A DNA stretch of 64,000 nt from contig OX597827.1 in assembly GCA_951406725.2 (NCBI GenBank), positions 7,626,001 to 7,690,000 on the forward strand. Reading direction: 5' to 3'. This DNA comes from Octopus vulgaris (Eukaryota). Each line of letters begins with the position of its first letter. Position 1 is the first letter of the stretch. The position numbers were made by a program, and so were the translations under genes. A model generated the notes under the pieces. The model was not told where the DNA came from, searched no databases, and was given only the letters and a program-made list of their open reading frames with translations. Positions 1 through 13,480 of this stretch are shown piece after piece.

Positions 1-230
1 ACGGTTCGACCGGGGATCTGGGAAGCCAGAAGGCTGCACCAGGCTCCGGTCTTATCTGGCAAAGTTTCTACCGCTGGATGCCCTTCCTAACACCAACCAC
101 TCCGTGAGTGTAGTGGGTGCTTTTTACGTGCCACCTGCACTGGTGCCAGGTGAGGCTGGCATCGGCCATGGTCGGATTGGTGCATTTTACATGCCACCTG
201 CACGGAGGCCAGTCGAGGCGGCACTGACTC
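1..230 (-). mobile_element. RTE-type LINE 3'UTR fragment (family C)
   Basis: Matches the reverse complement of the RTE 3'UTR at 56200-56420 (ctggatgcccttcctaa, gtgccacc(t/g)gcac repeats). Confidence 0.75.
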
Positions 231-1109
231 ACCATATTCTCACAAGATCCAATTTAACTTTTATCTTTCCAGGGTCCATATATTTTAACTTAACCAACTG
301 CTTCCTACTTCAAACTTTTTGGGCCTTATGCCAGCATGGGCTGCAAGGCCAATGACCAGCATAGATTAACTGACCATTCAACTAGTTGTGAATCAAAAAG
401 GTGGATTGTCTAATGACACTAGTTAGAAACAGTCTTTTTTACAAACACAGTAAAAGCACACGTAACATAACAAGACATCCTTCTTTATACATGGGAGGGG
501 TAAAGCAAACAAGTAAACAAAAAAAAAAAGGAAAAGAAATACAAAAACAAAAGCATATTTTTTTCTTCATTTTCGTCTTATTTTTTTTTATTTGTAGAAT
601 TCTTGAAAGTACAAGATTAAAAACACATTTTAATTGTGTTTGTTGTTCTGTAAAGAACATCTTAACCTTGATTCTTTTCTCCTGTGATTCCCTTTTGACA
701 CAAATGTCTTCCATTCATTTGGAGATCGTGAAAACAATTTAAGGTGTACTCGGGCATACATACATTGACAGCTATAACAACACCCCCTCCCTTTCCCAAC
801 CAGTCTTCAACACTCGTTTCAGGTCCTTCTCCTTCTCCTCCTTCTGTTACTGCCTTCACTTTTGCACTTCTCAATAGTCCTGACACATCCCTTCAAAAGA
901 AATTTTCACAGGATTACGCTGACAAAGCCGAAATGAAAGGTTCGTGGATTGGAGCTCTCCTCACAATCCACTGATCAGGAAATGTTACTGTAATGTCATT
1001 TCCTCACACATCCATATAATTGCTTCATATTTTTATTATTATTTTTAATTCAGTGATAACATCAAACACGACAATTTGTGTGTTTAGTCTCCTTTTCATT
1101 TGTTTGATT

Positions 1110-1520
1110 TTTTTCTTTTATTTGTTTCAGACTGTGGCCATGCTGGGGCAACACCTTGAAGAATTTTTAGTGAAATGAATTCACCCCAGTACCATTTTTT
1201 TTTAAAGCTTGGAACTTATTCTATTGGTTTCTTTTGCTGTACTGCTAGGTTACAGAGAAGTAAGCACACCAACACCAGTTATCAAGCAGTCGTGGGGCAT
1301 AAACACAGATACAGAAACACATACACACGTAGATATACCTGTATACACACATACACACACATATATATGATGGGCTTCTTTCAGTTTCCAAATCAATTCA
1401 CAAGTCTTTGGTCAGCCAGAGGCTAAGGGAGAAGACACTGGTCTAAGGTGTCACACAGTGGGACTGAACCTGGAGCCATGTGGTTGGGAAGCAAGCTTCT
1501 TGCCACACAGCCATGCCTGC
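1110..1520 (-). mobile_element. tRNA-derived SINE family A, diverged copy
   Basis: Shared head (gtgggactgaacc...ccatgtggttgggaagcaagc) and tail (tttcag...tggccatgctgg) with the other family A copies. Confidence 0.75.
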
Positions 1521-1617
1521 ATCCATTTTCTTGAAATTTTTATGACAAGAAAATAATTTGAAACCTTTTTTTAGTGTGTGAATCTTTATATGCAAAGATA
1601 TCAGGGAGTAGGAGTGT

Positions 1618-1959
1618 GTCATAGGATCACGGTTTCGATTCCCAGACTGGGCGTTGTGGGTGTTTATTGAGCGAAAACACCTAAAGCTCCACGAGGCTCC
1701 AGCAGGGGATGGTGGTGATCCCTGCTGTACTCTTTCACCACAACTTTCTCTCACTCTTACTTCCTGTTTCTGTTGTACCTGTATTTCAAAGGGCCGGCCT
1801 TGTCACTCTCTGTGTCACACTGAATATCCCTGAGAACTACGTTAAGGGTGCACGTGTCTGTGGAGTGCTCAGCTACTTACACGTTAATTTCACGAGCAGG
1901 CTGTTCCATTAATCGGATCAACCGGAACCCTCGTCGTCGTAACCGACGGAGTGCTTCCA
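1618..1959 (+). mobile_element. SINE family B (tRNA-Arg-like head), tail type 1, 5'-truncated
   Basis: B-box-like ggtttcgattccc, body gagcgaaaacacctaaagctccacgagg; near-identical to the reverse complement of 51189-51585. Confidence 0.85.
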
Positions 1960-2857
1960 CCACCTGAGTATAATTGTGTTTGTCTGTTTTACATGTTTTG
2001 GGCATGTTGTTGTTGTTGAGAAGCAAAGTTATGCTGGAAGAATTCTAACCATGACCATCACATTTAATTTTTTTGCTTGTTTGTTTTGCATCTCTATCAA
2101 CACTATAATCTGTGCCATTTTTTGTTTTCAAAATATTAGGTTGTGATTTTACTGTTATTTCTAGCAGGATGAGGAACTACATAGAATCTCCTTTACCTAT
2201 GTCTATTTCTGTATGTGTGTGTCTTTGTGGGGGATCTAATTTTATTATATGATTTTTTTTCCTAGGAAAGGGGTGGGGGAATGATTCGCATGCTAAATCA
2301 GAGACTTGTATCCTATATATAGTCTGTCTGATTCCTACTAAGCAGAATTATTCCATTTCTGAGATATATTTAAAATGTTTTTAGCAGAGCATTAATGGAA
2401 AGTACTTAAGCTCCAGGTAAACCCAATCTTTAGCCTGGCTATGGTAAACAATTCAAGGTTTTATATAGATAACAGATAACCATAAGAAATGCATCAATAT
2501 CACAAATCATAGACTTCTCTCATTCAATATAAATCTTAGGTTGTTGTTTTTTACTGAGGCCAATCCTGACTCAGTACATCCATGAGCGAAGCTATTCCAG
2601 CGATGATCATCCATTCTGTTTTCATATCAAAGACAAATGTATTTTCTGTATTTAAGATGATTATGTGGGATTTGAAGATGATTTGGTTGGCATTTGTAGC
2701 AGTTTGAGTTAATGTGTAAACAGTAGTGTAACCAGAATGTGTTCCACCTGAGAAGCTCTCGAACTTGCTGCTTCCCATTCCCTAGACAGGCTAATATATG
2801 GTGTTATGCCCTTGCTTGATGGGGCTGGGTCATTTCAAATTAGTGGTCCCAGAAGCA

Positions 2858-3375
2858 TCATCATGCATAGAGCCAACAGATCAACCAGTGCTCTCCATCA
2901 CTGGCAGTCCTGTGCCAGCCCTTCTACATTCTCCAGGGTGATGTCAAGCTTCTGGAGATCTTTCCCAATCATGTCCAGCCATCTGGTATGGGGCCAGTCG
3001 AGAGGCCTCTTCCATCCCACAGCTGCTGAGTGAAATGATGTAGGATGATCATGCAGGAGAAGAAGAACTTGTCCATACCAGTACATGCTACTGATAGCAA
3101 CGAGATGGAAAGCTGTAGGCTGATGCATGTGCATACACAGTTCTTTGTTGGAAACAAAGGAAACCTGACCCTGGAGGTCAACCACAGATGTGGCTTGGCT
3201 ACTACTTATGGAAGACCCTCTTGTGCCATTACTTTGTTTCCTGGAAGACAAAGCTCTGCATCTGCAATGCATTGGTCCTCTCCATTCTCCTCTATGGAGC
3301 AAAAACATGTCTCCTCTCGAAGACCTTAGCAAAGAGGGTTAGTGGATTCCATAGCAGAACCCTGAGGCTTATACA
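2858..3375 (-). mobile_element. RTE-like LINE 3' fragment with 5' inversion, 9-bp TSD ccagaagca
   Basis: Minus 2858-3180 encodes ...WYGQVL...WKRPLDWPHTRWLDMIGKDL; plus 3180-3372 encodes TKLCICNALVLSILLYGAKT...SRTLRLI; ccagaagca at 2849-2857 and 3376-3384. Confidence 0.8.
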
Positions 3376-3859
3376 CCAGAAGCAAAAGTGCCATCCTTGT
3401 AAAAATGCCACCAGAAACAAACCACTCTCATAACCCATCATTAACTAGACTAATGTGTGTAAAGGTTTTATATTTTTCTAGAGAATGCAACAGTTTATCA
3501 TTCCAGTATAAAGAGTGCAATAGTTTATCATTCTCCCTTTGAGAAACAATGACAGATCCCATAAATAGATATGCTTTCAATTTTTTTCTCTTTATAGATA
3601 TAATTAACACACTATTTATGAATGTTGAACAGCAAGCAGAGAAAAAATACTATGCAATACTTAAATATGTTGCGTTATATTTTCTGTTCAAATCCTCATG
3701 AGATCAATGTTGCCTTTCATCTATCTGGGTCTGACAAAATTAGTTTTAGATAAGTACTTTGATTAATTTAATTAGCTAAATCCATTCCTCCCAGACCTGA
3801 TACTATATACCTAACTTAAAGGTCAATGTACTTAGAATTTTTTAACTTTGAAAATAAGC

Positions 3860-3860
<1 letters not shown>

Positions 3861-3900
<40 letters not shown>

Positions 3901-4420
3901 TATTTAACGTCTATTTTCCATGCTGGTATGGGTTGGACAGCTTGATCAGAACTGGTAAGGCCAGGAACTGCAACAGGTTCCATAATCTGTTTTGGTTATG
4001 ACTGGATGCCCTTCCTAATGCCAACCATTCCATAGTGTACTGGCTGCTTTTTATGTGGCACCATCACAGGTGCTTTGTAAGTGGCATCCTGGTGTTATTC
4101 GGCACCCTGGTTTGAGGACTTCGATTCTGTTGTTGTGGGTGGGTCATTTTATGTAAAGCAATGTGCCCCATATCTCGGTCTCCTGTCATCTCCTTTACAA
4201 AGTTCAGCATTTTGAGATCAGCCTTCAAGATTTCATCCCATGTCTTTCTGGGTCTTCCTCTTCAACAACTTCCCTCCACTTTAAGTGATCAGTACTTCTT
4301 TACACAACTGTCCTTATCCATCTGCATCACATGATCAAACCAGCACAGTCTCTTCCCTTGTACACCACATATAATTCTTCTTATGCTCAACTTCTCCCTC
4401 AATACACCAATGCTCTGTCA
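3861..4420 (-). mobile_element. RTE LINE 3' end with (GAT)n tail
   Basis: Minus translation LREKLSIRRIICGVQGKRLCWFDHV...RGRPRKTWDEILKADL, then a family C 3'UTR and a (cat)n tract. Confidence 0.8.
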
Positions 4421-5049
4421 CAAGAATTTTGCAAATTTTATGTTAATATAAGGAATACAAATTTGTATCAGTAAAAACCTGAATATTGATTTACAAATTT
4501 TGTATCAAACCAAAATTTCACAAGGAAAACTTATAGATCTCAGTACATTACTGGTATGCATTTCATAGACTTGGAAGGAATGGAAAAATATACTGCAAAA
4601 CATTTGTACAAGCATTTATCATTTCTATCATTCCTATGTCTAAAAAATATTGAGTTATTTTTAAAGAAAAACAAATCAACAAAAACATAAAATTTAATTT
4701 AATTTCCACTAAATTTATTTTCTGTTTAGCATTATGACAGTTAATTTTCTTAAACAACATAGTGAAAAAATATCAAAGAGAGATTAGAGAAAATAAACAA
4801 ATATTTTTAAATGTATGCAAATATTTAATTCCTTATTTTACTCTTCTTAACTAATACACATAACTTTCTGTTCTTATCCAATTTTTCTATATTTCACTTT
4901 GAATTATTGACAGGTTTAAATTTCTATTACTAAAGTGTTTATATGATGCTTATACATATAAGAAAAAAGAATTTTATGGAATGGAAATGTTTTGTCAAAC
5001 TTATGACTGTAGAAATTTCACTGAGAAACTTATTCCATTCAGTGGTCTA

Positions 5050-5223
5050 AAAGATACATGGGCATATAAGATGCTCCCCAATTTTGGCAGTGCCCATTCA
5101 AGAAAAATTATTTTAGTGCATTAAATTTTATGGGAAATTTGGTTTTACGTATAGGATCCAGGGTGATGTTTTGAGACATATTTGGAGGGAAAAAATTTCT
5201 CTTATATACCATCAGATATGGTG
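5050..5223. mobile_element. Diverged MITE-like repeat (second copy at ~36855-37250)
   Basis: Shared tcaagaaaaa(t)..ttttagtgcattaaa and taggat/accca..g segments; ends resemble pogo/Tigger-type termini. Confidence 0.45.
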
Positions 5224-5524
5224 TGTGTGTATAGTATAATAGAGGGTTGATGAACCCATTAATGGATATTTTCTTACCAATCTATTGAATATGGAAAAAC
5301 TAAATGAAAGAACAAGACATTAATAAAGTGTGGTGCCTACAAACTACTTTTCTTTAGGATCCTGTTCTCATCTATGATGCAATATACGTTTATTAAATCA
5401 AACCCAGAATTCATTTAAAACGTTTTTTGTCAGGAAAGAAGACAGTGTCTGTGATAATTCACAATACCTCTAAAACTAGTGAGAGAGAGAAAGAGGAAAT
5501 TATCCTCAAATTAGAGACTTGGTT

Positions 5525-5957
5525 TTAATGTTTGCAACAATTTCTACATTGACCCCCGTACTTAACTGGTGCTTATTTTATTGATCCCAAAAGGATGAAA
5601 GGCAAAGTCAACTTTGGCAAAATTTCATCATCATCATCATCATCATCATCGTTTAGCATTCGCTTTCCATGCTAGCATGGGTTGGACGGTTCAACTGGGG
5701 TCTGGGAAGCCAGAAGGCTGCACCAGGCCCAGTCTGATCTGGCAATGTTTCTACGGCTGCATGCCCTTCCTAATGCCAACCACTCGGATGGCGCTTTTTA
5801 CGTGCCACCGGCATGGGGGCCAGGCGAGGCTGGCAACAACCATGAATGGATGGTGCTTTTTACGTGCCACTGGCACGAGGCTCAGAATGTAAAGATGGAT
5901 GAAATGTCACTAAGCATTTTGCTTGGCATGCTAATAATTCTGCCAGCTTGCCACCCT
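5525..5957 (-). mobile_element. SINE family D interrupted by an RTE 3'UTR (family C, 5626-5880)
   Basis: aaaggatgaaaggcaaagtcaac...aattt|[catcatc...cacgagg]|ctcagaatgtaaag...ctgccagcttgccacc; the two halves join into the family D consensus seen at 40190-40419. Confidence 0.75.
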
Positions 5958-7506
5958 GAAGTAGGAGTCAGAAATTGATTAATGTTTTATGTATCAACAC
6001 CAAACGGAAGAATGAAAGGTAAAATTGGATCAGGTTGGATTTGAACTTGGAATGTGAAGAACCATAAAGAAATAGCACTGATATTATGTTTAATACTCTA
6101 CTGATTCAGCTAATCCAACAGAGTTTTTTTTACTAGGAACAAGAAGAACTTACTACCTCTTCACAATACTTGTAGAAGCTTTTAAGCCGTGAAGAATGAT
6201 AATATTTATATCATTGATAAAAGTAATGTCTTCAAAAATGATATAAAAAATACATGAATAAATTCAAAAGGAAATGTCTAGAAAAACTTTTAAAAGCAAA
6301 AATATAAAAAATAAATAACATTTACAGATGAAACTAGTCATTTTGCTACATACTTGTTAATGTCATTAACTGTAATGGGAGACATTGTCTAGTAGAGACA
6401 GTCAGTTGACTGAGAAGACTGAATTCAAGTAAATAGCCATTAATAGCATATATTAGACTTTTTAGAATATATACATGAAAAATGAACAAAAATAATGTAC
6501 AAAAGTCAACCAAAACCACATTAATGTAATAAGCATTCTGAACATTAGATAATAATGATTGTACAATTTTATAAAATATATTGCACAAACATTGGCGGTA
6601 ATGATAAGATACAGCAAAATAAAAGACCTCAGAAGAATGATCTACAGTTAATCAAAATGCAATATCACTAACATTAGTGTGTTGGTCATAAAATCAATTT
6701 ATACTGAATAAGGTTCAATAAAACCATTTGCAAATGTGTGAAATTCAGTGAAAAATTTAGTTACTCAACTGTGTGTTAGAATATAAAACGAAGAAAAAGA
6801 TAGAATATTTTCAAGCGGAGAAGAGAAAACTCATTAAAAATGGAATTTCATATTTTCATCAAGAGCTGCTTACACAGAGATATGTGCTTGATTTTGCAGT
6901 AATTAATTATAATTTAATAAGTAAATACATAACATAAATAAAATTACTTATGTGCAAAGAGGAATTTTATGCATGGATGTGTAGCTACATGAGATTATAT
7001 CATGTATATCAATTATCCATTCACTTCCATTTAACCTCAATCAGCAGTGATGAAATATGTTCTAATGAGAATATTATATATGCTCCCACACATCCATTTG
7101 TGTATAGTAATGTGTGTTTGTATGTGTATATATGAATATAGATCAAATATGTAATATGCTTCCATATAATATACACACATATACACATACAGATAAATAT
7201 TTGTGTATACTCACGTATACACACACACATATATATAAATGTGTATTCATACATACACATACATACCCACAAATGTGCATGCATTCACACCTACACACAC
7301 AGTTACATTAATATTTTCATAAAGTAGAGTTAACAATAACTCCAACAAAAATTGAAATTTTACACTTTCATCCTGTGGTGTAAAATCTCAGTTTTAAGAA
7401 CTGTTTTATACATACACACTATACAAATACATACATACATACATAAATACATACATACATACATACATACATACATACATACAGATATATATATATAGAG
7501 AGAGAG

Positions 7507-7562
<56 letters not shown>

Positions 7563-7563
7563 G

Positions 7564-7875
7564 TGGAGGCACAATGGCCTAGTGATTAGGGCAGCGAACT
7601 TGCGGTCGTAGGATCGCGGTTTCGATTCCCAGACCGGTCGTTGTGAGTGTTTATTGAGTGAAAACACCTAAAGCTCCACGAGGCTCCGGCAGCGGATGCT
7701 GGGGATCCCTGCTGTACTCTTTCGCCGCAACTTTCTCTCACTCTTTCTTCTGTTGGCCTGCTCACTTAGCCAGCAGGGTGGCGTCATTTGAAGGCTAAAA
7801 CAATGCGAAGCGCATTGTGACCAGCGATGTGTAGCAACATCTGATAGCCTGGTCGGTCATGGTGATCACAGTGAT
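7564..7875 (+). mobile_element. SINE family B, tail type 2, full length, in (TA)n
   Basis: Head ggaggcacaatggcctagtgattagggcagcgaacttgcggtcg...ggtttcgattccc; near-identical to 13167-13480. Confidence 0.85.
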
Positions 7876-7924
7876 ATATACATATATACACACACATATA
7901 TTTATATAGGTATACACACACACA

Positions 7925-8040
7925 CAAGGGTGGGGTACTGAAAAGTTCCTGGTTTTGGTTAAAAGAAAATACAGGAGGATCAGTTAATTATGATTTTATT
8001 CAACATATTCCCCTCTCAGATTCACACACATAATGCAGCA
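7925..8040 (-). mobile_element. mariner-like terminal fragment
   Basis: gggtactgaaaagttcctgg TIR-like end; minus strand encodes LRGEYVE* resembling a mariner C-terminus. Confidence 0.5.
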
Positions 8041-8402
8041 ATCTTTCAGTATATATGTATACAAGTATGTGCTTTGACTACAGCATTAGAGCATTTTAGC
8101 TTTTATTTCTAGCAATGTAGGTTGTTTCTAAAGCCATAGTCTCATTTAGTGACTGTTATAATGTTCCTTTTTGGTGAAATATTGCAAAATGTTGTCTACT
8201 TTAATCTTCTGTATACACATTAGTGATTTGCTAAATCATCCATAGATTTCCTATGATGAAAACATATATACTGATAGAGAATTAAGCAGTCCTTCAGTTT
8301 TTCTAAACCTGTAAAAGAACTTGGAAGGTTGGTCCTCCAACCAGGCCTTCTGTGATATACTTAAAGCCAGGTACTTTGTAGCACCCCATTGTATATATAT
8401 AT

Positions 8403-8864
8403 ATCATCATCATCATCATCGTTTAGCGTCCGCTTTCCATGCTAGCATCGGTTTGGACGGTTCAACTGGGGTCTGGGAAGACAGAAAGCTGCACCAGACC
8501 CAGTCTGATCTGGCAATGTTTCTATGGCTGGATGCCTTTCCTAACGCCAACCACTCCGTGAGTGTAGTGGGTGCTTTTTACGTGCCACCGGCACAGGTGC
8601 TAGACAAGGCTGGCAAACGGCCATGATCGGATGGTGCTTTTTACATGCCACTGGCATGGAGGCCAGGCGAGGCTGGCAACGGCCACGATCAGATGGAGCT
8701 TTTTATGTGCCACCGGCACGGAGGCCAGTCGGGGAGGCACTGGCAATGGCCACGTTCGGATGGTTCTCTTACATGCCACCGGCACTGGTATCACAGCTAC
8801 AATTTCCATTGATGTTGATCGATTTTGATTTTGATTTTGATTTTCACTTGCCTCAAAAAGGTCT
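8403..8864 (-). mobile_element. RTE LINE 3'UTR (family C) with tandem sub-repeats
   Basis: (cat)n then gtttagcgtccgctttccatgctagc; four gtgcca(c/t)(c/t)ggca(c/t) units; its end ttcacttgcctca matches RTE 55965-55990. Confidence 0.8.
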
Positions 8865-8904
8865 ATATATATATATATATATAAAAGTTATATATATATA
8901 TATA

Positions 8905-8936
<32 letters not shown>

Positions 8937-8949
8937 TCCTAAGTTTTAA

Positions 8950-9015
8950 CATCATCTCCTTCAAAATAGTCACGTTACATAGAAATACACTGATCCCAGC
9001 GTTCCTGCAGTTTTT
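8950..9015 (-). pseudogene. mariner transposase C-terminal relic
   Basis: Minus translation KLQERWDQCISM*RDYFEGD matches the mariner end motif W..RW..CI...GDYFE. Confidence 0.55.
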
Positions 9016-9109
9016 GGATTCTGGTTTCTTTACTCTCTTTTTGCCTTTGAAGAATAAGATTTACTGGTCATAATCCATGGTGTTATCAGTTGAGGAATTG
9101 TAAAGGCCT

Positions 9110-9880
9110 AATTATAAGACCCAAACTGAAGATTTTTCAGAGAATTCCCAATGCGTTTGAAATGAAAATTTGTGCTTTGCTTCTTACTAGTATATTACAC
9201 AGTTAAGAAAAGACTTTCATTTGAATTGTCTCAAGCAGCAAACATAGATGGAAATCCATTAATATTTGATGTTCCAAGCAATAGAGCAATTGATATAAAA
9301 CGTATTAAAACAATTACTGTGAAGAAAAATTGACACAAAAATTGCATTATATGTTGTTCATATGAAACAAAACTACCACCAATGCTGCTAATATTTAAAG
9401 AGAAAAGAATGCCAAAGAAAATTTTCTCAGACAGGTCTGCTTTCACATACATATAAAAAGTTAGATGATGGTGGTATCCAACTTTGATTTGGAAATATTT
9501 GGTCAAAGGATCCAAGAAGTTTATAAAAAGCTTCCTCTTCCCACCTTGGAGCTCATAAAATGCAAAAATTAAAGGTAAAAGTTAATGAGTAAAACACAAC
9601 TGGCTATTATACTTGGCAGTTTAGCAAGTCCACTGCAACCATTCAGTTTTTATTCACAAACCCTTCTGGACTTTAATGAAAGGGGAATAGAACAATTGGA
9701 TGCATGAGTAAGATTTTGCTATGAACTCTACTTGATGAAGGAAAAGATAAATGCTTGCTCCAGTGTGTATATAGGTGGAGATTTTGTAAAAAAAATAAGG
9801 AATGATAAAGTGTTTAAGTCATTTAAGAAAGTGGTATCAATAGCACAATGGATGGGAATAAGGATGCCATTCTCTTTCAA
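9110..9880 (+). pseudogene. Degenerate pogo/Tigger-type (DDE_1) transposase
   Basis: Frameshifted segments ANIDGNPLIFDVPSNRAIDIK, TKLPPMLLIFK, TQLAIILGSLASPLQP, KSFKK.GINSTMDG correspond to pogo motifs NMDETP.TFDMP, KLPPMIIFK, IPGGLTS.LQPLD, KSFKKCGIS. Confidence 0.75.
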
Positions 9881-10443
9881 CATGATGTGAGATCTAATGC
9901 TTGGGGTTTTTTTCTTGTGTTTTTTGAAACAAACTAAATAATGGTAAACATTTTTTATATTTTATAGTACTTTCTTATTTTGGTGATTTATGTGCTTTTG
10001 TGATTAGAACAATGTACACTAAATGTTAAAAGTATCAGACTTGACATATTTTCTAAGAAGAATCTTTCAAATATATCTGTAGCTTTTTTTTTTATTGAAA
10101 CATCTGTCATGTCTTATATTAATGAAAAATATGACATATATACATATACCTAGAGATATATGTATCTATTTTCCTCTGTATGTCTCAGTACAGTCAATTG
10201 CATACAGGTGCATGATTGTGTACATATATATACATATATATATATGTGTGTGTGTGTGTGTGTCTGTGTACTAATGTATATATTCATATAATTAAGCATG
10301 CTTTTATGTTCGCATTTGTGTATCTGAATTTAGAAACATACATACAAACAGACAGACAAACAGTTTGATGGATAGAGATAGATATAAAGATGTACATACA
10401 AGCACACAAACACACATATATATATGTGTGTGTGTGTGCATGT

Positions 10444-10479
<36 letters not shown>

Positions 10480-10496
10480 ATGTATGTATGTATATA

Positions 10497-10750
10497 TCGT
10501 TACTATTATGTTAAACTGTCGTATGTCCAAATTTGGCCAAACTCGTTTTTTTTTTCCCAATATTTATTTTTGCTTGCAATAGGCAGTTCTTTTGGTCAAA
10601 CAATCGTATCTCCAGCTGCTTCAGATGCCAAGATATCGAAAATTGTCAAAGTGTAGTACAACAATTTTGCAATGGAATGGTGATGCTATTCTTTCATTTT
10701 CTGAAAAAGAAACATTTTGGACTTATGACACTTTTGCACAATAGCAACGA
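10497..10750. mobile_element. ~250-bp MITE with ~40-bp imperfect TIRs in (TA)n
   Basis: Left tcgttactattatgttaaactgtcgtatgtccaaa vs right (rc) tcgttgctattgtgcaaaagtgtcataagtccaaa. Confidence 0.7.
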
Positions 10751-10764
10751 TATATATATGTATG

Positions 10765-10813
<49 letters not shown>

Positions 10814-10988
10814 GCAGCACGGATTTTAGCGACGAAAATATTTTGACAAATTAAACTTAAATGTTGAAGTGAATCGAACAGCTTTTGTGTGTTTCTTAAA
10901 TGGCTTACAAACACCTTCCACGCTGCAATTGTTTTCGTTCCAGCACACGATCTCAGATCAAATCACTTGCTATGCGAGTACATCTCTG

Positions 10989-11045
<57 letters not shown>

Positions 11046-11089
11046 AAACAAGGCGAGGAAACGTGTGTTGTGGCTAGTGATCTAGATAG

Positions 11090-11131
<42 letters not shown>

Positions 11132-11634
11132 GCAGAGAGAGAAAGAAAGAGTGAGATGGATGAGTGAAAAACTTCACCTACAGTAGCAATGCAGACTGTA
11201 GCATAATATTTTTGTTCATTTAGTAATGTTTAATTCAGAAGTTTCGCCAACATGCAATTTGAGCTTCAGACAGGAGAACATGATACTTATTTTCTCTGAG
11301 GAATTGACCATGTATCAGAGGAACTTCAGAGCAACAGACTGATGCCATTAACCAAATGAAAAGTTTAATAGGCAATAATTTTTGAAAAAAATCATCCTTA
11401 TAATATTACGCATTGTGTGTGTGTGTGTTTGTATTTACAAAGTTTTTTTTTTTAATTTCAAGGTTAGCCACAATATCTGAAAATGTATTTTCTGAAATTA
11501 ATGATTGATATTTATAAAACATATTTTATATGCTGATTAACACTACATGTTGCATGAGGTTTGTGTTAATTTGATTCATCAAAAACTTTCTTTTATGTGA
11601 TAAATAATTTTTCATTTAAGAAAACTTTCTCCAC

Positions 11635-12036
11635 TGTGGTAAGTAGCTTGCTAACTAACCACATGGTTCCAGGTTCAGTCCCACTGCATGGCACCTTGGG
11701 CAAGTGTCTTCTGCTATAGCCTCGGGCCGACCAATGCCTTGTGAGTGGATTTGGTAGACGGAAACTGAAAGAAGCCCGTCGTATATATGTATATATATAT
11801 ATATATATATATGCGTGTGTGTGTTTGTGTGTTTGTCCCCCTAGCATTGCTTGACAACCGATGCTGGTGTCTTTATGACCCCGTTACTTAACGGTTCGGC
11901 AAAAGAGTCCGATAGAATAAGTACTGGGCTTACAAAAGAATAAGTCCCGGGGTCAAGTTGCTCGATTAAAGGCGGTGCTCCAGCATGGCCGCAGTCAAAT
12001 GACTGAAACAAGTAAAAGTGTAAAAGAGTAAAGAGT
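11635..12036 (+). mobile_element. SINE family A
   Basis: B-box-like ggttcagtccc, caccttgggcaagtgtc core, internal microsatellite, tail ggcggtgctccagcatggccgcagtcaaatgactgaaac(aagtaa)n. Confidence 0.9.
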
Positions 12037-12207
12037 ATATGTGTGTGTGTGTGTGTGTGTGTCAGTGTAGATGAACATGTACACACATAAACATACAGCA
12101 ATCCCTAGACTATCGCTGGTGTTATTTTCCAAAATCCCTAGGAATAGGTGAAAATCCACAAAGTAGAAACAGTACTGTACTGTATATTTCTTTTTATAAT
12201 TTACATA

Positions 12208-12590
12208 GGCACAGGAGTGGCTGCGTGGTAAGTAGCTTGCTTACAAACCACATGGTTCCGGGTTCAGTACCACTGCATGGCACCTTGGGCAAGTGTCTTC
12301 TACTATAGCCTTGTGAGAGGATTTGGTAGACAGAAACTGAAAGAAGCCCATCATATATATGTATATGTGTATATGTTTGTGTGTCTGTTCTCCCCTCCCC
12401 CCCAACATCGCTTGACAACCGATGCTGGTGTGTTTATGTACTCATAAATTAGTGGTTCAGCAAAAAAGATCAATAGAATAAGTACTAGGCTTACAAAGAA
12501 TAAGTCCTGGGGTCGATTTCCTTGACTAAAGGCGGTGCTCCAGCATGGCCACAGTCAAATGACTGAAACAAGTAAAAGAATAAAAGAGTA
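12208..12590 (+). mobile_element. SINE family A
   Basis: Same head, core and tail as 11635-12036. Confidence 0.9.
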
Positions 12591-12711
12591 TATATTTATT
12601 TTATTATAACTGCAAAACACCACCACAGAAGAATCGACATAAGCTTAAATAATAAACCCCGATAGGTGAACTGTGATACATGAACTGCGATATGGCAAGA
12701 GATTACCGTAC

Positions 12712-12900
12712 ATCATCATCATCATCATCATGGTTTAACGTCCGCTTTCCATGCTAGCATGGGTTGGACTGTTCGACTGGGGTCTGGGAAGCCCGAAGGC
12801 TGCACCAGGCCAGTCAGATCTGGCAGTGTTTCTACAGCTGGATGCCCTTACTAACGCCATCCACTCCATGAGAATAGTGGGTGCTTTTTATGTGTCACCG
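12712..12900 (-). mobile_element. RTE 3'UTR fragment (family C)
   Basis: (cat)n then gtttaacgtccgctttccatgctagc; truncated at the first gtg(t/c)caccg unit. Confidence 0.75.
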
Positions 12901-13166
12901 ACACACATATGTCTGTGTATATCTTTTATCTTTTATCTGTTTCAGCCATTAGACTATGGCCATGCTGAGGCACTGCCTTGAACTTTTAAATGAATGAATT
13001 GATCCTAGTATTTATATTCTTTTTGTTAAGCCTGGTACTAATTTTATCAGTCTCTTTTACTACATGCTAAGTTATGGGGACATAAAACAGTAACACTAGT
13101 TGTCAAGTGGTGGTTGCAGACAAACAAACTCAAAGACATTTGCATAGATATATATATATATGTGTG

Positions 13167-13480
13167 TGGAGGCGCAATGGCCCAGTGGTTAGGGCAGTGG
13201 ACTCATGGTCGTAGGATCGCGGTTTCGATTCCCAGACCGGGCGTTGTGAGTGTTTATTGAGCGAAAACACCTAAAGCTCCACGAGGCTCCTGCAGGGGGT
13301 GGTGGCGATCCCTGCTGTACTCTTTCGCCACAACTTTCTCTCTCACTCTTTCTTCTGTTGGCCTGCTCGCTTAGCCAGTGGGGTGGCGTTATTTGAAGGC
13401 TAAAGCAATGCGAAGCGCATTGTGACCAGCGGTGTGTAGCAACATCTGATAGCCTGGTCGGTCACGGTGATCATGGTGAT
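13167..13480 (+). mobile_element. SINE family B, tail type 2, nested in the microsatellite of an older minus-strand family A copy (12920-13650)
   Basis: Head ggaggcgcaatggcccagtggttagggcag...ggtttcgattccc; tail ggtcacggtgatcatggtgat; family A halves flank it. Confidence 0.85.

Noticed and set aside
13167-13240. tRNA gene
   Set aside because: A/B boxes are present but it is the head of a multicopy SINE continuing into body and tail, without a proper acceptor stem.
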